Of a stretch of DNA of 28,276 bases, positions 21,538 through 28,276 are shown in pieces. Positions within the stretch are counted from its first letter, which is position 1. Each line of letters begins with the position of its first letter. The notes under the pieces were generated by a model. The model worked only from the letters and a program-made list of their open reading frames with translations, searched no databases and was not told where the DNA came from. The stretch lies in the IMG/VR virus record IMGVR_UViG_2671180294_000004; one strand, 5' to 3'. The stretch comes from a virus. Lineage: Duplodnaviria > Heunggongvirae > Uroviricota > Caudoviricetes. Both the position numbers and the translations under genes were made by a program.

Positions 21538-21799
21538 GTATGCGATGGTGGGTGTGGCTTACAGCCGTGTGTCGACTTTCTCCGGGGATTATCTCCGCGT
21601 AACTGACAACAAGGGGAAAACGCACGATGTGCTGACCGGAAGTGATGACGGTCGCCACAGCAACACGTCTCTGGCGTGGGGGGCTGGCGTGCAGTTTAAC
21701 CCGACCGAATCCGTGACCATTGACCTTGCTTATGAAGGTTCCGGTAGTGGTGACTGGCGAACGGATGCATTTATTGTTGGTATCGGATACCGTATCTGA
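21538..21799 (+). CDS. lom: lom 3' fragment (intact C-terminus, second allele), 5' end lost in the N gap
   Basis: …YAMVGVAYSRVSTFSGDYLRVTDNKGKTHDVLTGSDDGRHSNTSLAWGAGVQFNPTESVTIDLAYEGSGSGDWRTDAFIVGIGYRI*, a complete Lom C-terminal half. Confidence 0.65.
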
Positions 21800-21903
21800 C
21801 AACAGACGCCGATTTATCTTCTGTAAATATTGTTATGATACGCAGGTTCATCCACCTTATGGGGTGAACTGCGTTTGAGGAAACGTAAAGTTACACTGTC
21901 CTG

Positions 21904-21937
21904 AAGCCCGTGGCGTCACTGCTGCGGGCTTTTTTTA
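21904..21937 (+). terminator. Terminator-like hairpin with T-run upstream of the second stf copy
   Basis: AGCCCG…CGGGCT stem followed by TTTTTTTATT. Confidence 0.4.
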
Positions 21938-21950
21938 TTGGTGGAAAAGT

Positions 21951-23522
21951 ATGACAGTAAAAATTTCTGGCGTGCTTAAAGATGGCACAGGAAAACCAGT
22001 ACAGAACTGCACCATTGTGCTGAAGGCCAGACGAACCAGCAGCACGATGGTGGTGAACACGGTGGCCTCTGAAAATCCGGATGAAGCCGGACGTTACAGC
22101 ATGGATGTTGAGCATGGTCAGTACAGCGTCACCCTGCTGGTTGAAGGTTTTCCGCCTTCACATGCCGGGACCATTACCGTCTATGAAGGTTCCAGACCAG
22201 GTACGCTGAATGATTTTCTCGGTGCCATGACGGAGGATGATGTCCGACCGGAGGCACTGCGCCGCTTTGAGCAGATGGTGGAAGAGGTGTCACGTAACGC
22301 CTCCGCGGTTGCACAGAATACGGCAGCCGCGAAAAAATCAGCCAGCGAGGCGGCAACTCATGCAACCGATGCTGCAGCCTCAGCACGTGCCGCCAGCACG
22401 TCAGCCGGACAGGCCGCGTCGTCGGCTCAGTCAGCGTCTTCCAGCGCAGGAACGGCATCGACAAAGGCCCGTGAAGCAGCAAAAAGTGCTGCTGCAGAGT
22501 CATCAAAAAGCGCGGCAGCTACCAGCGCCAGTGCCGCGAAAACGTCAGAAACGAATGCCGCAGCATCACAAAAATCGGCAGCCACTTCTGCATCCACAGC
22601 GACCACGAAGGCGTCAGAAGCTGCCACCTCGGCACGGGGTGCGGCGGCCTCAAAAGAGGCAGCGAAATCTTCAGAAACGAATGCATCATCAAGTGCCAGT
22701 AGTGCAGCTTCCTCGGCAACGGCGGCAGGAAATTCCGCGAAGGCGGCAAAAACGTCCGAGACGAACGCTAAGTCTTCTGAAACAGCAGCGGGACAGAGCG
22801 CCTCAGCTGCGGCAGGTTCAAAAACAGCGGCTGCATTATCTGCCAGTGCCGCGTCAACAAGTGCCGGGCAGGCCTCAGCCAGTGCCACCGCCGCCGGAAA
22901 ATCGGCAGAAAGCGCCGCATCATCCGCTTCAACAGCCACAACGAAGGCTGGCAAAGCCACTGAGCAAGCCACTGCAGCAGCGAGGTCTGCTTCTGCAGCA
23001 AAAACCTCTGAAACAAATGCAAAGACTTCAGCAGACAATGCTGCTTCCTCTAAGGCAGCAGCCGCATCGTCAGCCAGTTCAGCGGCGTCATCGGCATCAT
23101 CTGCGTCTGCTTCAAAAGATGAGGCGACCAGACAAGCGTCAGCAGCGAAAGGTAGTGCCACGACAGCAACAACGAAAGCATCAGAGGCGGCAGGCAGTGC
23201 GACGGCTGCATCTCAGAGCAAAGTTGCTGCTGAATCCGCGGCAACGCGCGCCGAGACAGCAGCAAAACGGGCAGAGGATATTGCATCCGCCGTGGCGCTT
23301 GAGGATGCGAGCACGACGAAAAAGGGGATAGTACAGCTCAGCAGTGCGACCAACAGCACTTCCGAGTCACTGGCGGCAACGCCAAAAGCGGTTAAGGCGG
23401 TAATGGGTGAAACGAACAAGAAAGCGCCCTTAAATAGTCCTGCACTGACCGGAACGCCAACAACACCAACTGCGCGACAGGGAACGAATAATACCCAAAT
23501 CGCAAGCACGGCTTTCGTTATG
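21951..23522 (+). CDS. stf: Side tail fibre protein, paralogous copy (5' partial; 3' end lost in the N gap at 23523..23708)
   Basis: [69 protein letters not shown]… followed by the Ala/Ser/Thr-rich shaft; about 90% identical to stf at 23897 but with a different upstream region. Confidence 0.7.
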
Positions 23523-23708
23523 NNNNNNNNNNNNNNNNNNNNNNNNNNNNNNNNNNNNNNNNNNNNNNNNNNNNNNNNNNNNNNNNNNNNNNNNNNNNNN
23601 NNNNNNNNNNNNNNNNNNNNNNNNNNNNNNNNNNNNNNNNNNNNNNNNNNNNNNNNNNNNNNNNNNNNNNNNNNNNNNNNNNNNNNNNNNNNNNNNNNNN
23701 NNNNNNNN

Positions 23709-23798
23709 ATCCGCGTAACTGACAATAAGGGGAAAACGCACGATGTGCTGACCGGAAGTGATGACGGTCGCCACAGCAACACGTCTCTGGCGCACTGA
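23709..23798 (+). CDS. lom: lom 3' fragment (truncated allele), duplicate of 21185..21274
   Basis: Identical to the 3' end of the lom at 20792..21274, including the premature stop; begins immediately after the N run. Confidence 0.5.
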   Translation: MRVTDNKGKTHDVLTGSDDGRHSNTSLAH

Positions 23799-23896
23799 CG
23801 GTTTCATCGTGGGTGTCGGTTATAAATTCTGATTAGCCAGGTAACACAGTGTTATGACAGCCCGCCGGTTCAGGCGGGCTTTTTTGTGGGGTGAAT

Positions 23897-26800
23897 ATGG
23901 CAGTAAAGATTTCAGGTGTACTGAAAGACGGCACAGGAAAACCGGTACAGAACTGCACAATCCAGCTGAAAGCAAAACGTAACAGCACCACGGTGGTGGT
24001 GAACACGCTGGCCTCAGAAAATCCGGATGAAGCCGGGCGTTACAGCATGGACGTTGAGTACGGTCAGTACAGCGTTATTCTGTTGGTGGAAGGATTCCCG
24101 CCGTCACATGCCGGGACCATCACCGTGTATGAAGATTCCCGACCCGGTACGCTGAATGATTTTCTCGGTGCCATGACGGAGGATGATGCCCGTCCGGAGG
24201 CACTGCGCCGTTTTGAGCTGATGGTGGAAGAGGTGGCGCGTAACGCGTCCGCGGTGGCACAGAACACGGCAGCCGCGAAGAAATCAGCCAGCGATGCCAG
24301 CACATCAGCCCGTGAGGCGGCAACCCATGCGACTGATGCTGCAGATTCAGCACGTGCAGCCAGCACGTCAGCCGGACAGGCCGCTTCGTCGGCTCAGTCA
24401 GCGTCTTCCAGCGCAGGAACGGCATCAACAAAGGCCACTGAAGCCTCAAAAAGTGCTGCCGCTGCAGAGTCCTCAAAAAGCGCGGCGGCTACCAGTGCCG
24501 GTGCGGCGAAAACGTTAGAAACGAATGCGGCAGCGTCACAACAATCAGCAGCCACTTCTGCATCCACCGCGACCACGAAAGCGTCAGAAGCTGCCACCTC
24601 AGCCCGGGATGCGTCGGCTTCAAAAGAGGCGGCAAAATCATCAGAAACGAACGCATCATCAAGCGCCAGTAGCGCAGCTTCCTCGGCGACGGCGGCTGCA
24701 AATTCTGCGAAGGCGGCCAAAACGTCCGAGACGAACGCCAGGTCTTCTGAAACGGCAGCGGGACAGAGTGCCTCAGCTGCGGCAGGCTCAAAAACAGCGG
24801 CTGCGTCGTCTGCCAGCGCCGCGTCAACAAGTGCCGGGCAGGCCTCAGCCAGTGCCACCGCCGCCGGAAAATCGGCAGAAAGCGCCGCATCATCCGCTTC
24901 AACAGCCACAACGAAGGCTGGCGAAGCCACTGAGCAGGCCACGGCAGCAGCGAGGTCAGCTTCCGCAGCGAAGACATCCGAAACGAACGCGAAAGCGTCG
25001 GAAACCCGTGCAGAATCCTCAAAAACGGCTGCCGCATCGTCCGCCAGTTCGGCGGCGTCATCGGCATCATCGGCGTCTGCTTCAAAAGATGAGGCGACCA
25101 GACAGGCGTCAGCAGCGAAGGGCAGCGCCACGACGGCATCCACGAAGGCGACAGAGGCTGCTGGTAGTGCGACGGCAGCAGCTCAGAGCAAAAGTACGGC
25201 GGAATCTGCAGCAACGCGCGCTGAGACAGCGGCAAAACGGGCAGAGGATATTGCATCCGCCGTGGCGCTTGAGGATGCGAGCACGACGAAAAAGGGGATA
25301 GTACAGCTCAGTAGTGCGACTAACAGCACTTCCGAGTCACTGGCGGCAACACCAAAAGCCGTTAAGGCCGCGTATGACCTGGCTAACGGGAAATACACCG
25401 CACAGGATGCAACGACAGCACAGAAAGGGATAATCCAGCTAAGCAGCGCGACCAACAGCACGTCTGAAACGCTGGCGGCAACGCCAAAGGCAGTAAAAGC
25501 AGCCAATGACAATGCTGAGAAACGTCTGCAGAAAGATCAGAACGGTGCGGATATCCCTGGCAAAGACACCTTTACGAAAAATATTGGTGCCTGCCGTGCC
25601 TTCGGTGGGTCAGTAAGCACAACAACAGGAAACTGGACGACTGCACAGTTTATCGAGTGGCTGGATTCTCAGGGAGCATTTAACCATCCATACTGGATGT
25701 GCAAGGGTTCCTGGTCTTATGGCAATAATAAAATCATTACTGATACTGGCTGCGGTAATATTCATCTCGCCGGAGCTGTCATTGAAGTAATGGGGATAAA
25801 GTCAGCGATGACGATCCGCATTACCACTCCGACCACATCCAGCGGTGGCGGAACAACCAACGCCCAGTTTACCTATATTAATCACGGAACAGATTATTCA
25901 CCTGGCTGGCGAAGGGACTATAACTCCAGAAATAAGCCAACGGCATCAGAGATCGGGGCGCTACCGTCAGGTGGAACAGCAGTATCATCAGTTAATCTGG
26001 CTTCAAAAGGTCGGGTAGCCGCGCTGACAGACAATACGCAGGGGGCAGCAGGTCTTGAGTTATACGAGGTGTATAACAACGGATATCCAACAGCGTATGG
26101 AAATATCATTCACCTGAAAGGGATGACAGCCGTTGGCGAAGGTGAGTTACTCATCGGCTGGAGTGGTACAAGCGGTGCTCATGCTCCGGCATTTATTCGT
26201 TCACGACGGGATACGACCGACGCAAACTGGTCGCCGTGGGCGCAGCTTTACACCTCGGCTCATCCTCCTGCAGAGTTTTATCCAGTCGGTGCACCAATCC
26301 CGTGGCCATCAGATACCGTTCCGTCTGGTTATGCCCTGATGCAGGGGCAGACTTTTGACAAATCTGCTTACCCGAAACTTGCAGCCGCTTATCCGTCAGG
26401 CGTGATCCCTGATATGCGTGGCTGGACGATTAAGGGCAAGCCCGCCAGTGGTCGTGCCGTATTGTCTCAGGAACAGGATGGCATTAAATCGCACACCCAC
26501 AGCGCCAGCGCATCCAGTACGGATTTGGGGACGAAAACCACATCGTCGTTTGATTACGGCACTAAATCCACGAATAACACCGGGGCGCATACGCACAGTC
26601 TGAGCGGCTCTACAAGTTCAGCTGGGGCCCACCAACATAGTCAGACTGGGCCCAGAACGAATAGCGGGAGTCAACCTACTGGAATGTTTCCGGCAGGGAG
26701 TACTCAAGTTAGCGGGACTAATCAGGTTGGTATCAGTGGCTCATTAACCAGTGGCACCTCCCAATGGGTAGGTAAATCATCTTCAGAAGGAAACCATACA

Positions 26801-26980
26801 CACTCACTGTCCGGCACAGCAGCATCTGCGGGTGCACACGCGCATACTGTCGGTATTGGTGCTCATACGCACTCTGTTGCGATTGGTTCACATGGACACA
26901 CCATCACCGTTAACGCTGCTGGTAACGCGGAAAACACCGTCAAAAACATCGCATTTAACTATATTGTGAGGCTCGCATAA
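23897..26980 (+). CDS. stf: Side tail fibre protein Stf (complete), about 1027 aa
   Basis: Lambda Stf-like N-terminus [26 protein letters not shown]…; long Ala/Ser/Thr-rich shaft; tandem GI(V/I)[11 protein letters not shown](S/T)[10 protein letters not shown] motifs; His-rich GAHxHS repeats; C-terminus …[25 protein letters not shown] as in lambda Stf. The track ORF starts 2 codons upstream (23891). Confidence 0.9.
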   Translation: MAVKISGVLKDGTGKPVQNCTIQLKAKRNSTTVVVNTLASENPDEAGRYSMDVEYGQYSVILLVEGFPPSHAGTITVYEDSRPGTLNDFLGAMTEDDARPEALRRFELMVEEVARNASAVAQNTAAAKKSASDASTSAREAATHATDAADSARAASTSAGQAASSAQSASSSAGTASTKATEASKSAAAAESSKSAAATSAGAAKTLETNAAASQQSAATSASTATTKASEAATSARDASASKEAAKSSETNASSSASSAASSATAAANSAKAAKTSETNARSSETAAGQSASAAAGSKTAAASSASAASTSAGQASASATAAGKSAESAASSASTATTKAGEATEQATAAARSASAAKTSETNAKASETRAESSKTAAASSASSAASSASSASASKDEATRQASAAKGSATTASTKATEAAGSATAAAQSKSTAESAATRAETAAKRAEDIASAVALEDASTTKKGIVQLSSATNSTSESLAATPKAVKAAYDLANGKYTAQDATTAQKGIIQLSSATNSTSETLAATPKAVKAANDNAEKRLQKDQNGADIPGKDTFTKNIGACRAFGGSVSTTTGNWTTAQFIEWLDSQGAFNHPYWMCKGSWSYGNNKIITDTGCGNIHLAGAVIEVMGIKSAMTIRITTPTTSSGGGTTNAQFTYINHGTDYSPGWRRDYNSRNKPTASEIGALPSGGTAVSSVNLASKGRVAALTDNTQGAAGLELYEVYNNGYPTAYGNIIHLKGMTAVGEGELLIGWSGTSGAHAPAFIRSRRDTTDANWSPWAQLYTSAHPPAEFYPVGAPIPWPSDTVPSGYALMQGQTFDKSAYPKLAAAYPSGVIPDMRGWTIKGKPASGRAVLSQEQDGIKSHTHSASASSTDLGTKTTSSFDYGTKSTNNTGAHTHSLSGSTSSAGAHQHSQTGPRTNSGSQPTGMFPAGSTQVSGTNQVGISGSLTSGTSQWVGKSSSEGNHTHSLSGTAASAGAHAHTVGIGAHTHSVAIGSHGHTITVNAAGNAENTVKNIAFNYIVRLA

Positions 26981-27496
26981 TGGCATTCAGAATGAGTGAA
27001 CAAGCACGGACCATAAAAATTTATAACCTGCTGGCCGGAACTAATGAATTTATTGGTGAAGGTGACGCATATATTCCGCCTCATACAGGTCTGCCTGCAA
27101 ACATCGTGGCATCTCGTTGAAGATCATCGGGGTAAAACGGTTTATGACGTGGCTTCCGGCGACGCGTTATTTATTTCTGAACTCGGCTCATTACCGGAAA
27201 ATGTCACCTGGTTATCCCCGGAAGGGGAGTTTCAGAAGTGGAACGGCACAGCCTGGGTGAAGGATACGGAAGCAGAAAAACTGTTCCGGATCCGGGAGGC
27301 GGAAGAAACAAAAAACAGCCTGATGCAGGTAGCCAGTGAGCATATAGCGCCGCTTCAGGATGCTGTGGATCTGGAGATCGCAACGGAGAAAGAAACCTTG
27401 TTGCTGGAAGCCTGGAAAAAGTATCGGGTGTTGCTGAACCGTGTTGATACATCAACTGCACCGGATATTGAATGGCCAGTAGCACCTATAGGGTAA
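26980..27496 (+). pseudogene. tfa: Tail fibre assembly protein tfa, frame-disrupted (internal deletion of about 65 nt relative to lambda Tfa)
   Basis: N-terminal 46 codons ([41 protein letters not shown]…) end at a TGA at 27118..27120. The Tfa C-terminal sequence ([28 protein letters not shown]…[10 protein letters not shown]) continues in the +1 frame from 27104. Confidence 0.75.
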
Positions 27497-27582
27497 ATTC
27501 GTAATGATTACCTAAATACGTTATTCTTTTGTTAAAAAAGTGATTTTGCTATAGGTAGGGAGTATGTTCTTGGATTAAGAAT

Positions 27583-27613
27583 AAAAAATCGCCATGAAAG
27601 AGCTTCATGGCGA
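27583..27613 (-). terminator. Rho-independent terminator oriented for minus-strand transcription
   Basis: Perfect 10-bp inverted repeat TCGCCATGAA/TTCATGGCGA (27589..27613) with a 5-nt loop, followed on the minus strand by TTTTTTAT (27581..27588). Confidence 0.5.
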
Positions 27614-27761
27614 GTACATAAACGTACAAAATGTGATGAAAGTAGAGTGGCGTAAGCCACTATATTAAGATATGACAATAGCGAAGAAAAGTAAATAACA
27701 TTTTATGGACGTTTAATTGTTAATTATAAAAACTAGAGTGCCCGATATTGTTTATCTTGCT

Positions 27762-27863
27762 TTAAAATAATGTACTCAAACCAAATTTTTGAGCTAAAAG
27801 CTCAAATAATATAAATGCAATAATAATGTTTAATAAGACAATTAGCTTGCTTTGTATTTTCAT
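27762..27863 (-). CDS. Possible small hydrophobic peptide, 33 aa (speculative)
   Basis: Minus-strand ORF MKIQSKLIVLLNIIIAFILFELLAQKFGLSTLF in AT-rich DNA; no clear Shine-Dalgarno. Could be a chance ORF. Confidence 0.15.
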   Translation of the reverse strand: MKIQSKLIVLLNIIIAFILFELLAQKFGLSTLF

Positions 27864-28245
27864 TTCGGAATACTGTTAAGTAACTTTGATGACCCTAACA
27901 ATAGATCGGAATTTTCTTAGAGTCAATGGTCACTGTTTTTGCTTGCAAAGCAAATGTTTTGGTGGTTATAAGTTGTCTTAATATAGTCACGCATGCAACT
28001 TGTTCCATGCGGAGATTAAAGATTGGAATATAACGCGAAGATGGAATTAAATTACATTTGCAATAATCAATTTATTATTACTCAATAATTACCGATATTA
28101 TTATTGTAAATTAATCATTAGAGTGCAAAAAGAAATGTAACGGCAAAATAAGAGGACGATAGCTGAGAAAAAAGCGTGCTTTCCCAATCTGGGGCAAATC
28201 ACGTCTGAATGACACCTGAAAACAGGTGGTAGCCTCAAGAAGGCT

Positions 28246-28276
28246 GGTGATGCTGCCAACTTACTGATTTAGTGTA
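28246..28276 (+). mobile_element. IS1 terminal inverted repeat (left end, insA side); the element continues beyond the window
   Basis: GGTGATGCTGCCAACTTACTGATTTAGTGTA matches the start of IS1 as I recall it, and the base composition changes abruptly from the AT-rich region before it. Confidence 0.7.

Noticed and set aside
22237-23331. Long alternative-frame and antisense ORFs (364 aa plus-strand, 244 aa minus-strand) over the stf copy B shaft; the same pattern recurs at 24394..25301 over the complete stf
   Set aside because: They arise from the Ala/Ser/Thr-rich repeat region; their translations are R/Q/P-rich or A/D/E-rich low-complexity strings. The Stf frame is the one with N- and C-terminal homology.
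20792-24050. Real tandem duplication of lom-stf units
   Set aside because: Every repeat boundary coincides with an N run and one 342-bp segment is identical in both copies; collapsed paralogous prophage regions are the more economical explanation. Left as uncertain in the findings.
22290-25330. Possible CRISPR array or other non-coding tandem repeats
   Set aside because: The repeats are imperfect, lack spacer-like unique units, and lie inside the Stf reading frame as low-complexity coding sequence.
28246-28276. Match to the p15A plasmid replicon boundary as found in pACYC-type vectors (possible vector contamination)
   Set aside because: The matching sequence is the IS1 terminal inverted repeat, which those vectors carry as part of Tn9; a chromosomal IS1 is the simpler reading.

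Overview
This window is the late (morphogenesis) region of a lambda-like siphovirus prophage in an enterobacterial, E. coli-type genome. Reading left to right: (1) an AT-rich two-gene cassette on the minus strand (ribbon-helix-helix protein plus a 141-aa unknown), immediately left of the cos site; (2) a cos region whose flanks match lambda but whose 12-bp cosN core differs; (3) a complete, collinear lambda-type head and tail module, Nu1-A-W-B-C/Nu3-D-E-FI-FII-Z-U-V-G/GT-H-M-L-K-I-J (about 1.2 to 20.0 kb), all on the plus strand; (4) a repeat-rich lom/stf region (20.0 to 23.9 kb) broken by N runs at 20160, 21527..21537 and 23523..23708, which look like scaffold joins through collapsed paralogous prophage sequence, so gene models there are fragments; (5) a full-length side tail fibre gene stf followed by a frame-disrupted tfa; (6) about 750 bp of AT-rich, ORF-poor DNA; (7) the terminal inverted repeat of IS1 at the window edge. 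Protein identifications rest on recognising the translated ORFs as lambda morphogenesis proteins from memory; no database search was run. The best candidate for something undescribed is the AT-rich two-gene cassette next to cos, but it is unverified and may have counterparts in known lambdoid phages.
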